This document shows positions 24,801 through 37,944 of a stretch of DNA of 64,000 nucleotides, in pieces. The stretch lies in contig NW_026889807.1 in the NCBI RefSeq assembly GCF_033153115.1, positions 3,224,001-3,288,000 of the forward strand, written 5' to 3'. Numbering within the stretch: the stretch's first letter is position 1; every line of letters begins with the position of its first letter. A model generated the notes under the pieces. The model did not search any database. It was given only the letters and a program-made list of their open reading frames with translations, and had not been told where the DNA came from. Source of the DNA: Saccostrea echinata. Taxonomy: Eukaryota. A program made the position numbers and the translations under genes.

Positions 24801-27800
24801 TTTTTTTAAGTTTTTAAAATGACATGCTGAGTAAATGCAATAGCTCATAGCATTGCATGAACAAGGCAGTTGTGGAAGCATAGGCAGTTATATTCTGTGT
24901 TACATCAGGGTATACATTTCATGGTGTCTCCCTCGTGAACAGTAGTGTGTCGAAACTCTATTGATATTTTGACAGATGCAAAACATCAAACACTCAATTA
25001 ATACAATGTGAAAAAAGACAAATCTCTTGACAGAAACTGAAATGTCTCTGGCATTCCAAGTATATGTAAAGCCTTAAGAGGTAGTAAAGTTATGAATTAA
25101 ATATAATATAATTTTGTTTTACAATTGAAAATAATAAAATGTGTTTCGACTCGGTCAAAAGTGATGTTTTTAGTCAATGTCAAATAAAATTAAATATATT
25201 AAGTAAAACATGTATAAGTATATATCAGTATAAAAACAGTAATGCAGCCTTTAGCGAAATCAGAAAAAGGGCAGAGTCCAGTGCAACAGGTTGAATTGAT
25301 CAAGTGCCTTCAAGGATATTTCATTAGCAGGTTATTCATATCAAACTAATATAAACACTTTAATTTTCAAAATGGAAACACGAAGTCAAATAGATCTCCA
25401 TTGTTATCGCTTATGAAATGATATCCACCAATTGAAAAATTTAGAGTTTGTGGATGAGTTTGTATCCATTAATGGCATATTTGTATAATTATTCAAAACG
25501 GTGCTGCAGATAATGCTACAAACTTCACTGATGATACTAATGATGTCATTTTCAGATGAAGATGTAAATCAGTTTATGATTAAAAAATATTGCATATTAA
25601 TGCACATTCATCAAACGACAATGAAAAATTACACGGATATATCAGAAATGGATTAAAAATCATGTACAACTGCATAACTATATCATCAGTGAATTTTGTA
25701 ACTTTTGAGATTGCAACTTAGCCTTCATTAATTAAATCATGTATATAAGTTATTTGGTTTTTTTTTTGTTAAAAAATCGAAATGTGAAGATAAATAGGTA
25801 TCTATTTTCCTATGTTTAATGAAATGGAATTTTTGGCATCTTATGATGTATGGATATACTAATTGAATGTCATTTTTTTATTTGTGGAGATTTTACATGA
25901 AGTATACACAAATGATAAATGAAATATCAAAGATAATTTGTAATATTTATTTTATTTTTTATATGTCGCACTCTAGGTATTTTCTCTAGTCTTGTTCGCC
26001 CATCTTCTATTTATGCCCATGAAATTATTACTCCCCTCCCATGCCTGCACCATCAGATATGTATTAAATTATGCACCTAACTCACTGGTACTTCTTAGAC
26101 CTAATAATCTTTAAATTATTCAATATCTTTTCCCCCATTTTATTCTCAAATACAATTTTGGAACAATACTGTGGCCCAAACCTACCCCCCGACGGTCGGT
26201 CATGCAATGAACCAATTCAATACGTACTATCTGAACATGTTAGCATACTATTATTTACATGATTTATCATGGTTCTACTGCTTTTAAAAAATATTTTCAA
26301 AGTATAGCAACAGTTACTTGTATAAATTTTATCCTATAATGTTTTTAAGCTATCACTGATTACCAAACTAACTAACGATAAAATTTCACATATATCATAG
26401 CTTGGAAAAAATTGAATATAAGAATACACGTACTAGATAACAGACGACATACAACGAACAGATATACCGAAAGACCACGTCCACTTTTAATCATAATAAA
26501 CCATTTTCCTATGCTGGTTTGAGAAAAACTGTTAATGTGTCACCCCAGACACATTGTTATTATAAGACCAAAGCTTTGTCTTCCATTGTTCTCTCAGATG
26601 GCTGGGGGAGTGTTTGTCTTCAAAGAAATGATAATCACGAACTCTAGATGTGACATTCACATATGTCACATTCAAAACTGCCGCCGTTTCCATGACAACA
26701 GAGGAAATATGCATTTTTAAATTGAAAGAACGAATGAGTTCTTTGGCATTAGTCCACTCTTTTTCTCAGGAGATAACACAGTTGACATCGCAAGGCAGTT
26801 ATGTAGCCATTTATGTCATTGTGACATCAACTTCGTCCATACTTTCTTTCTGTGCTTTCAAATTCAATAATGGATGATCAGTTAAGGAATAGTAAAATTT
26901 TAGATTTCATTGAATCCTTTGATATGTTACTAAAGATGAAAACTATTTATCTCACCTACAAGCCAAAATAAATGACAACATATTAAGAGCTATTTCTCTC
27001 TGTTTGAGAAAAGCTCACACGTTCTCCCACCCTTTTACTTCTATTAATTTATTCGGATATAAATTAATACATTAATAAACTGAGGTTGATTTTAATCTTT
27101 ATTAATCTTATTGCTTTCACTCTCTAGTGACGCGTATTCTTTTACTCTGTTGATACTAACATTAACAGATATAAAACGCTTGTTTCAAATGCCATGAGGG
27201 GAAATATTTTTAATAGCTCACTATCTTGTTGTCAGCGAAGACAACCTGATATTAAATTTATTGTGAGGGGTTGGTGGTAGTGATAGTAAGTAAGCAACTA
27301 CACGTCTTTTAATACAGACATACATGTAAGAAGTATGTTCTTGATAAATGCATGTAGTTATACACGACTAAATGTAAGAAAAAAGGGAAAAAAACACATA
27401 AAAAAGAAGCAGAAAATATGATAACAGGATCACGTGAAGCAAATGGACATTGCATTGTGTAGCTACTAAGGAAAAAAAAAATATTATATAAAAAGATCTA
27501 ATTTACCTTACAATGTTAAATTAATTATCAAAAACAGTTCTATTTATAACAGATTTTAAAGTAAGTAATCAGCAGTTACGAGTACAGTAACTGGTTAATA
27601 ACGACCAAAACCATTTTTGATTACTTGATTTTTGACGCAAGTCATTGTGACGTAGGCAACCCAATTTATACGATATAAAGTAACTTTTTTAACCAATCAA
27701 ATACGGCGTTACAACCAGAATTAAATTATTACTGTATGAAAGATAAAGGATTTCCTAATTTGACGCTGTCATATCTTCAGTTACATTCTGTAATGTTGAA

Positions 27801-28539
27801 AGAATCATTTTCATTCCAGTTGAAAAAAAAAAGAATTATCTCCGCTAGTTCTATAACGTGTCTTTATATTTTTTCACTTAATATTGCAAAATTCTAAATA
27901 ATACCCATTTACAATGTCCAGTTAACCCGAATATTGAGGATAACCAGTAATATACAATAAATAAGGTAATTCAGAGAATTTATGTTCCCCGATTAAGGAA
28001 AAAAGGAGGAGGATGCTCATATCGGGAGGGCAACCCCCCCCCCCCCCTTCCCCGGATTTGCAGAATTATTAAATGTATACACTGAAGCAAATAAAAAATG
28101 CCAATAAGGATATACATTGTATAGATTTGACTGCTTATTCTTTAAAATGTGTACACGAAGATTCTTTTTTAAATAATATATTTTTCACACTGAAATAATG
28201 ATTTCATGCGAAAGTTTGTACACGCAATTGGTCATAACTTCTTCATTTATTTGCTGAATACCACCATCTAGTACATGTAAATAAAAAAATATCAACAAAA
28301 AACAAACAAACAAACAAACAAACAAAAAAACAAAAACAAAAGCCTTTTACTACACAGTTCTAATAGATATTGTTAAAATATGACGTCCGCTGACAACCTG
28401 AATTAAATGTAATTAACTCTAAGACTTTGAGCGTGGTCGATGCCAACTTAAGGAAAAAAGAAGAACATGCGCGGATCTAGGGGCAGTGGAGTCGAGGGTC
28501 ACATAAAGAAGGGCGGGCGGGGCCAAAGGGAGTGGTGCT

Positions 28540-29020
28540 ATACAATTTAATTGCAAAACTTCAAAAGCTACTTGAGATATCGCCCGGATAAGTAACTTTT
28601 ACACACAGAAAGAATTGCATGAATTAACGACCTTGACCTTTTGACCTAAAAATAAATAGGGGTCTTTCGTAGGCCATAGGGAGCTGTGGTATAAAATGTA
28701 ATTGCAAAAGCTTAAAGGCTTCTCGAGATATCGAGGGGAATCGAGAGTGTTAAAAGAGACAGATATTTTGAATTTATGACCTTGATCTTCGACACTTTGA
28801 CCTAAAAATCAATAGGGTTCTTTTCTAGGCCATAGGAGGCTGCTATGTAAAATTTCATTGCAAAAGCTCAAAGGATTCTTGAGATATTGCGCTGAAACGA
28901 AAGTGTAACAGACAGACGCAGCAATACAGACAGACGGACAGACAGACAGACAGCTAGACGGACGGACAGATAGACCGAAATTAATATCCCCCACTTTCAG
29001 TGAAAGCAGGGGGCAATGAA
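28540..29020 (-). mobile_element. Helentron-associated element of a second family (partial) with tandem monomers
   Basis: Repeated GACCTTGACCTTTTGACCTAAAAAT-AATAGGG units, (GACA/GACG)n microsatellite, terminal TCCCCC...GGGGG hairpin and A-run. Confidence 0.75.
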
Positions 29021-30045
29021 ACAAAAGGTTAACGTTTTATAACAGATTTGATGAACACTTAACTGTTTTTTTTAGACACGTTTGTTTTTGATAGGTTCAG
29101 CAAAAAATATATATCCTTGTAGAAGAAATCTTAGATAAATTGTTTTAATATTGACTTTTTTTGTAAAGTTTTCAACAAACCATTTTAAAAATACATATTT
29201 ATACGCAAAATATGAACCAATTGTACTATGAAAATGTATTATTGAATCGGTTTCTAAGTAGAATCCTATAACAATATGTTTCCATTGCACAACCTATTTC
29301 ATAACTATATTGAACTTGTGCTATACATGTTTTACATTATCACATTCAAAAATAAGATGTTTTATATATCCATTATCATTTCAAATGTACTCACATTTTG
29401 CATTTTCTAGTAATTTACATTTTTGAAAAAAAAAAAAAATAAATAAATAAAACATTGAGTATTATTTATCAATTTGCAATCGAATTCACTAAGATGCTTG
29501 TCATGCATTTATTTAATCTTATTTCAATAAATATTACCTACGCAAAAGTAACAAATCAACATTGATATATGACATACATATAGATATTGAAACAGTTTGA
29601 ACGACAATTTTTAATTAAAAAGTACATTTTATAACCCCAAAGACAATAAACATCACTAGTGTATACAAACTTTGTCTTGATAAAAACACAACACTTTATA
29701 CCAAACATTATACTCTGTTTCCATACACTTTTAAAAATGTATTGCATCGCCAATTTGATTTATTTTTTCAAACACTTGAAAGATCTTAATTTTTTTTTTA
29801 ATATAACACTTTTGTCGAAGAGATCATTTGTATTTACTGTATTTAGTGGGCAATACGAGGGAGTTGTCTTTCTTCAAGGACAATCCACTTTCTAACATAT
29901 TATCTTACCAAGGCGATTTTAATTATGTTTTTTGGTATGCTTAAAATTAAATTTGACATGTATACACATGTACGTATGCATGATTTAATATATAACTTAC
30001 AACGTCGGAATCCTTATTGAAAAAATGAAATAATACTATTAATAA

Positions 30046-30180
30046 NNNNNNNNNNNNNNNNNNNNNNNNNNNNNNNNNNNNNNNNNNNNNNNNNNNNNNN
30101 NNNNNNNNNNNNNNNNNNNNNNNNNNNNNNNNNNNNNNNNNNNNNNNNNNNNNNNNNNNNNNNNNNNNNNNNNNNNNNNN
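30046..30180. other. assembly gap (135 N)
   Basis: Run of n. Confidence 1.
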
Positions 30181-30812
30181 AAAAATAACTCCATTGACGT
30201 TGATTTAACAGTTGGCCAACTGATAAACTTTGCGTATAAAGGCTTATGTCTGTTAAATTTAATGCAATTTGTTCTTATTTGTATGATATATACTTTTAAA
30301 TACTGTACATATGTACACATGAATTTAGTATGTGGGGGCTCCACCCACTTTTCCTTAAGTGATGTTTTTGCTCCTTTTCCCGACGGATTGTTTTATTCCT
30401 CCCTTTTCCCATTCACAGATAGAAGGAGAAATCTTTATGAAAAAGTCTTACTTTTCTATCAAACCTATTAGGATGATGCTTATGGAATGTTTGATAATTC
30501 ATTATTGTACCTCAAGCAGTTTAAATTTTATGGCGCTAGTCCACGAACTTTTGACAACCCCTTTTTATGTAATAAAAGGTGTGATAAATAAAACATTATT
30601 ACCTAATTAATATATTTATGCATATAAAATATCAGAAATATATAAATGTATAATTTCTTTCAATATAATTTTGTTTGCTTTTCTGCATCTTTTAGTTAGT
30701 TTGAAAACATTTTTCTATACTTTACCAACAAATCGTCTTTTGTTCGCTCTACGTATTACAATATCAGGTGTCTGAGATTTCGAAAATGTTCATTAGAATT
30801 TTCCAAACAGTG

Positions 30813-31137
30813 GGGTCGCCAGTTTGGCGCAATGGTTAGAGTCGTCGAGTAAGGAGTTGATGCTTACGTCGTAGTTTCGAATCCACTGTGAGACTTGACT
30901 ATTTTGAAAATGTATCGGCAATATATTGCACATGTGTGGCGTGGAAACCAATCATTCGGATGAGACCGTATAAGTTGAGATCCTGTGTCACAGTAGGTGC
31001 CGGTACGAAAAAGATCCCTCGCTGCTCAAAGGCAATAAGCGTCGAATACAGGTCAAAATGTGCAGTCATCCACTGGCAAGCGGTATCATTTCAATATGAG
31101 TAAAAATTTTCAAAGTGACCTTAAACAAACAAACAAA
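30813..31137 (+). mobile_element. V-type SINE, second subfamily, just downstream of the reconstructed GPCR stop
   Basis: TGGCGCAATGG A box, TTTCGAATCC B box, TTCGGATGAGACCGTATAA core, (AAAC)n tail. Confidence 0.8.
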
Positions 31138-31185
31138 ATTATACAGTGGATTTAGTCCTTTTTAAACCACTTGGAACATCTAAAG

Positions 31186-32776
31186 CTAATTATTGATTTC
31201 TTTTTCTTCAATTCGGTTATTATTTCTTTTGCAAAAGATAGAGTTTAAGAAGTTTAAAATTCTTGGTGAACTAGAAAAGCTAAAAAAAATTAAAAAGCCC
31301 TGCAAAGACGTAAAACATGTAACAACAAAGGAAATAAACCGAAATCTGCAAAAGACTATCGACCACCTGAAGAATCCAAACTGTTCCAGTCAGACTGAAT
31401 AGTTTAATTGAAATAATGAGCTCCGATTTATTCTCTTTCGATTTCCTGATGTTTTTAACAAATTTGATGCTACGAAGAGTTAAAATAAACAAGACAGTGT
31501 TAACTGTACATGTAACAGTTAAAGGGATAATAAAAGTGAGGACGTTTTGAGTGAAATGTTCTACGAAGCACAAGAATTTGCTGTATCCTATGCTTCCTTG
31601 TAAAAGAAAAGTAGAAATCATATTACCACCGACAATTATTAATGGAGTAAAGTAACAAAAGAAAACGTAAAAAGTAAATGTAGCTCTTAACTTTTTACCA
31701 CGATTTTTAGCATTCTCTCTGTAGGTAGAAAAAGTCGTAAACATATGAAAAGAACAAATAAAAAGGCAGCAGCAAAGGGAAAGCCAAAAGTAATGCAAAA
31801 TAACACCTGTTATCATACAAAGCAAAGTCGACCTTTGTAAAACATTTGCTACTGTATAAGTGATTTGCATACAAAAAAGAGAAAAAGTTGTGTTCATAAT
31901 ATTCAAACCAGGAAGAGTGCCTAATCCGGGAACTATCATGTACAGCACAAACAAGGTCAATAAGGATAAAATACTGATAATGTTTAAAACAGTTGTTAAG
32001 GTCTCAAGTTTACTGACATAATCATGATCCATAACAAGTGTAGAAGATGGCTCGGATCGGACACAAACTCGATATTTGTTGTCAAAATCTAAAACAAAGT
32101 CGCCAAAGTAAAAGATTTCTTTGGTTTGCTTTACAGTAATCCGACCCTTTATTTTTCCACTTTTGACTTCGCTTTTGTTAAATATTCTCTGACGGCAAAA
32201 AAGTAAATTACTTACAACAACAAAAAATGATGGATATGATCGATGATCTAGAAAATTATGTATGTGAGCAGCGAATGATTCATATGAATTGGGAAGTAAA
32301 TTTTTTTCTGATTTCAGAGCAATGGTAATACTGGAAAAGCTTTTACCTTTTAGATCGATCGAAATATTTTCATTTCCTTGTTTTTTAACATTCAAAGACA
32401 AGTTAGCAGGTAAAGCCAATAGATCTCTCTCTATCTGGTCCCTGTCAAAGTGTTTAGAATAAGACAAATGGAAATACAAATTCACTTGCAGTGTGAAATG
32501 AAAGTAATCTTCTTTAAAAGTAGTTACCATAGGATATATTGGTAAAAAGTAAAAATCTCTCAAAGAATTTGCACCTGAAGCTAAAAGCTTTTCATATAAG
32601 TGTTGTCTAACAGAATTTGCAACTGAATTAATAATCTTGCTCGTATCATTGCTTATCGATGTGACTTTCAATTGACATAATAAAAAGATTGCATAAGTAA
32701 TTCCTTTCGGGTGCCGAATGACTGACGTGCATTTTCCTCCAACCAGAACCTTCCCAGGATAGCAGATGTCCGTTGT
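31186..32776 (-). CDS. family-B (7tm_2; adhesion/Methuselah-like) GPCR, exon 2: stalk plus 7TM, with +1 frameshift before TM7
   Basis: TTATTTCAG acceptor at 32777 (phase 0). TM motifs LPGLNIMN, CMITGVILHYFWLS, GYSKFLCF, FIIPLTV, SLTGTVW. The canonical TM7 ISFVVTCFTSLQGFLIFFSF lies in the next frame after ~31335 and stops at TAG 31188-31186. Confidence 0.9.
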
Positions 32777-32915
32777 CTGAAATAAGATATCTATATTCAA
32801 TCCAAGTTTTTATAATAAATTCTTGTTTATATTTTCAAGCAATATCACATCTGCTCCAATCTCTGTCAACAATTATAATTTTCAACTTCATCCCCCAAAA
32901 CTACAAACTAAGCAT

Positions 32916-33119
32916 ACCGTGGAATCATTTTAATTTGGGGGGTGGGGGGGGGGTGGGGGTGAATTATCAAGGGTAAGTAAAATTTCGTTGGTTTGTGCAG
33001 ACGTTATTTTGTGTGTAACTCGTATATTCAGAAGATTACATGGATAAAAATACTGTCAAAATAATTGTTGGCGGGGATGTAAATTCGTGGATAAGGGTGA
33101 CAAACGAAATCTATACAGT
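32916..33119. mobile_element. degenerate Tc1/mariner-type MITE in GPCR intron
   Basis: TACCGTGGAATC...ATACAGTA ends with AATTTCGTTGG/AATTCGTGG internal motifs; related fragment at ~42882-42945. Confidence 0.5.
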
Positions 33120-33639
33120 ATAGCTTATTAATTCAAATGAAGGAATAAGTTTTAAATCAAAGGATGAGAATACCTCAATCGAAAAAAATGATTTGGAAAA
33201 AATAATGTCAAAATTCACATATATATAGTTTGTATTAACATTATCGTCCCTAGCAATAAGGTTACAACATTCAACACAAAGGCTTCAGAGGTAAGATAAA
33301 AATACATTGCATTCAGAAAAAAAAAAACAAAAAAACAAAAAAACAAAAAAACTATTGCCGGTTAATTATTAAGCTCATTTAAACATTTTATGTCAGCGTA
33401 ATATTTGCATAACGGTAGTCAGGGAGTTATATATATATAAAAAGATATATAATTTTGTTTACATTACGCAAAATGCAATTAATGGAACAATAAAAGTCAA
33501 CAAATGATTTTGTCGTAGGTACAAGCATTTCAAGCAGGCAACCGGAGAGACTAGTATGTAATGTTTGATGAACTGAAACGAGTTTTCAAGTCGGCAAGCA
33601 ATGTCAGGAAGCCGCATGTAAAATGTGAAGAAAACGATC

Positions 33640-33775
33640 AGAGATCCATCTCAAGAAATACTATAAACAATACAAATATGTGAAGAGGGCGTAAATACAG
33701 ACCCGTGGAAATTTCAGAGGTAGGATCAGGTGCCTAGGAGGAGTGAGCATCCCCAGTTGACCGGTCACACCCGCA
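33640..33775 (-). mobile_element. 3' terminal module of a Penelope-like retroelement
   Basis: Reverse complement GCGGGTGTGACCGGTCAACTGGGGATGCTCACTCCTCCTAGGCACCTGATCCTACCTCTG matches the tail following the RT at ~50010-50075. Confidence 0.7.
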
Positions 33776-34557
33776 GAACAACTTTGCTGATAAATTTTTG
33801 TAGAAGATATTTGAAATAAACATTGATTTGGTGTGTTTTCTCTGAAAGTTAAAAAAATTGCAATTCTTGGGAGCCTCGTACTTCGTGTAATTTAGGGGCA
33901 CATATACAGTACCGACCAGACACAACCTAACAGAAAGCGAACCCAGGGCGCATCCCGGGTTCACTCTCTGGTTTCGCTTCGGGTTCGCTTAGGGCTGACC
34001 CCGAGCGAACCCGGAGCGCACCCGTAGCGAACTCGAAGCGAACCCAGAGCGGACCCAGAGCGGACGCTGAAAGCGAACCCCAAATTCAGTAGCGGTCCCA
34101 GGAAACGAACGCGCGTTCAGTGTTCCGTAACAGTGCTGTCAATCAGGATTAGCGATTAACTCATCGTCGACCAATCAACATGCCGAACAGGTCTGTCAAT
34201 CAGGATAAGTGATAAAATGCGTTCACCATCAGCGCGTCGACAAGTCAACATACAAGTTTGTAATCTAAACATTGTACAAGCAAAGCGTGTGAATGTACAG
34301 TGTAAAAACATTATTAATATGATTTTCAAACTTGATTTTATGTATATGTATTTTAATTCTCCAGACAACATGCAATATTTACACATCCATTTTCATTATT
34401 GTTTAAAATCTAGTAATACATCGCATATTTTTATTATCCAGGTAGCATGTTAAATGTATAGTTACATATTTATTTTCTTTATATTTTTAAAATCCATTAA
34501 TATTTGGATATACATGGCGTACATTTATCAGACAATAAGTACTTTAATTCATAATAG

Positions 34558-36500
34558 AACACAAGATGTGTTTGTGAAACACTGATGCCCCCGTATGGCA
34601 GCTTGTGGCGAAGGTTAAAGTTTCTCAAATGCAAGTCAAATTCCAGGCCAAAAGTAGAAAAAAAAATGTTGGTGCCAAAATAAAGGTCTTGTCTCGAAGA
34701 ATACACCTGTAAAGTTTTAAAGCCCTAGCTGAAACTGTTCAAAAGTTATGGCGAAGGTTAAAGTTTTTTAAAAGTAAGTAAAACGTCAAGGTCAAAATTG
34801 TTGGTATCCAAAGGAAGGACTTGTCACAAGAATTACATATGTGAAGTATGGAAGCCCTAGCACCAACCATGCAAAAGTTATGACCAAGGTTAAAGTTTTT
34901 CAAAAGTAGGTCAAACTCCTCGGTCAAGGTCAAAGGGTCAAAGAGGTTGACATGCAGAGGAAGGTCTTGTCACAAGGAATACATGTGTGAAGTTTAAAAC
35001 CCCAAGTTCCAACCATTCAATAGTTATGGCCAAGGTTAAAGTTTTTCAAAAGTAGTTCAAACTTCTATGTCAAGGTCAAAGAGTCAAAGTGGTTGGTATC
35101 AGGAAGAGCATGTCACAAGAATTACATATGTGAAGTATGAAAGTCCTAGCTTCAACCATTCAAAAGTTATGGCCAAGGTTAAAGTTTTTCAAAAGTAGGT
35201 CAAACTCCTCGGTCAAGGTCAAAGGGTCAAAGAGGTTGACATGCAGAGGAAGGTCTTGTCACAAGAAATACATGTGTGAAGTTTGAAACCCCAAGCTCCA
35301 ACCATTCAAAAGTTATGGCCAAGGTTAAAGTTTTTCAAAAGTAGTTCAAATTCCTATGTCAAGGTCAAGGGGTCAAAGTGGTTGGTATCAAAAGCAAGGT
35401 AAAGTAACAAGGACTACATATGTGAAGTATGAAAGCCGTAGAATCAACCATTCAAAAGTTATGGCCAAGTCAAAGTTTTTCAAAGGTAGGTCAAGCTGCA
35501 ACCATTCAAAAGTTATGGCCAAGGTTAAAGTTTTTCAAAAGTAGTTCAAACTTCTATGTCAAGGTCAAAGAGTCAAAGTGGTTGGTATCAGGAAGAGCAT
35601 GTCACAAAAATTACATATGTGAAGTATGAAAGTCCTAGCTTCAACCATTCAAAAGTTATGGCCAAGGTTAAAGTTTTCAAAAGTAGGTCAAACTCCTAGG
35701 ACAAGGTCAAAGGGTCAAAGAGGTTGATATGTAGAGGAAGGTCTTGTCACAAGGAATACACATGTGAAGTATGAAACCCCATGCTCCAACCATTCAAAAG
35801 TTATGGCCAAGGTTAAAGTTTTTCAAAAGTAGTTCAAACTTCTATGTCAAGGTCAAAGGGTCAAAGTTGTTGGTATCAAAAGCAGGGTAAAATAACAAGG
35901 ACTACATATGTGAAGTATGAAAGGCGTAGAATCAACCATTCAAAAGTTATGGCCAAGGTCAAAGTTTTTCAAAGGTAGGTCAAACTCCTAGGTCAAGGTC
36001 AAAGAGTCAAAAAAGGTGATATCCAGAGAAAGGACTTGTCACAAGGAATACATATGTGAAGTTTGAAACCCCAAGCTCCAACCATTCAAAAGTTATGGCC
36101 AAGGTTAAAGATTTTCAAAAAGTAGTTCAAACTCCTATGTCAAGTTCAAAGGGTCAAAGTGGTTGGTATTCAAAGAAAGGCCTTGTCACAAAGAATACAC
36201 ATGTGAAGTTTGAAACCCCAAGCACCAACTGTTCAGAAGTTATGGCAAAGGTTAAAGTCTCATAAAATTTCGCAAAAGTGGGTCAAACTCCAGGGTCAAG
36301 GTCAAAAGCTCAAATATAATGGTACCCAAAGAAAGGTCTTGTCAAAAGGAATACACATGTGAAACATGAAAGTCCTAGCTCCAACCAATAAAAAGTTATG
36401 GACAAAGTTAAAGTTGACAACAGACAAACAGACAAACTGACAACAGACAGACAGGACAAAAACAATATACCCCGGTATTTTTCGATCCAGGGGCATAATA
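34558..36500 (-). mobile_element. Helentron-associated element with ~12 tandem ~145-bp satellite monomers
   Basis: ACAAGATGTGTTTGTGAAACACTGATGCCCCC end; CCAAGGTTAAAG anchors at 34884, 35030, 35173, 35319, 35519, 35662, 35807, 35953, 36099; (GACA)n; GGGGCATAAT end. Confidence 0.92.
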
Positions 36501-36957
36501 AAAATAATATATTCTCATCAGTGGACCAGTTATTAGTTTTTGTTTGTTTGTTTGTTTTGGTTTTTTGATTGCTGTTGTTTTTTTTTTTATAAGACTTCAG
36601 TTAAACTCGCCTTATAAAACAATGATTTATAGCATGGAAGTAAATTATAAATGATCTGTAACATGAAAGTCATAGCTCCAACCAATCAAAAGTTATGGAC
36701 AAGGTTAAAGTTGACAACAGACAAACAGACAAACGGACAAACAGACAGACAGGACAAAAACAATATACCCCGGGATCTTTCGATCCAGGGGCATAATAAA
36801 AATAATATATTCTCATCAGTGGACCAGTTATTAGTTTTTGTTTGTTTGTTTGTTTTGGTTTTTTTATTGTTGTTGTTGTTTTTTATAAGACTTCCGTTAA
36901 ACTCGCCTTATAAAACAATGATTTATAGCATGGAAGTAAATTATAAATGATCTGTAA
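36363..36957. repeat. ~297-bp direct tandem duplication of Helentron terminus plus flank
   Basis: 36363-36659 repeated at 36660-36957 (AACATGAAAGTC...AAATGATCTGTA). Confidence 0.92.
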
Positions 36958-37944
36958 AACAAAACTCAAATTACACTGTATGAGTATTTTTAGTGATTAT
37001 CACGACCAACATGTACATGTAATGCGCGACAAACTAGCTTAAATGTAAACTGCTAATATGAAAACTTAGCATTTTACGTGTCTCAGCTATTTCATAGATA
37101 AGATCATAATTCAGTTGTTTTTCTTTCAAACATTTAAATTACGATTTAGCAATTGCAATTACAGTTGGAAGTTCCAACTGATTTTAAAACGCATGAATAA
37201 TGTAAACAAATGAATTTGAAAGGTTTTTTTAATTAAGATACTCTTATCAACTTCACTCCATCCGATACATCGAAATAAATTTAACACCTTTTCTTCTTTT
37301 TCTTTCAAGATATACTTAGCCTGTAAGTTAAGAAAAATAAAAGTGATAATTCTACGTCGAATGTACGTTGAAATTATTTAAAATTTATCAACGTTCTCCA
37401 CATTGTCAATTACATGTACATGTTTCGATCGCCATAAAAACAGTAACGATCGATTTCACTACTGTATTTGGAATATACAAGGGGCGGGGCTTACTAGCGG
37501 CAAGATTAAAGCGGGGTCCGCTTCACACATGAGTGCGTAAAGCGAACCCGGAAAGTGAACGCCGGGTCCGCTATAGCCTACCCAGAGCTGACCCTGAGCG
37601 AACGCAGAGCAAACCCGAAGCGCACCCAGAGCGGTCCCAAATTTTCTGAAAGCGGACCCAGAGCGAACAAGGAAGCGAACCCCGGGTGCGCTTTGGGTTC
37701 GCTCTGGTATCAGGTTGTGCCGGTCGGTACTGTATCTTATTAAGATATTTCCTCTTCAGGGAAGACCTCATAGTAATTACGTTTAGATTCATATTCGTGC
37801 AAAAAAAAGGGGGGGGGGGACAAAGTTCTTCAAAGGAAAGTACAATTATCAGTCATGAATACATAGAATTTACTTAAACTGTTAAATTCGTCATATATTT
37901 TCTTTACGTCTTTCGTTATTAGCAGTGCTTGTATTTCCTAAATG

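Larger units (their letters stand above)
33907..37732. mobile_element. non-autonomous Tc1/mariner-like DNA transposon (CAGT termini, TA TSD) with nested Helentron array
   Basis: TA|CAGTACCGACC...GGTCGGTACTG|TA; ~60-bp imperfect TIR; GC-rich GCGAACCC/GCGGACCC subterminal repeats at both ends. Confidence 0.85.

Noticed and set aside
34884-36246. CRISPR-like regularly spaced repeats
   Set aside because: The intervening sequences are homologous to each other (satellite monomers), there are no cas genes, and the context is eukaryotic.
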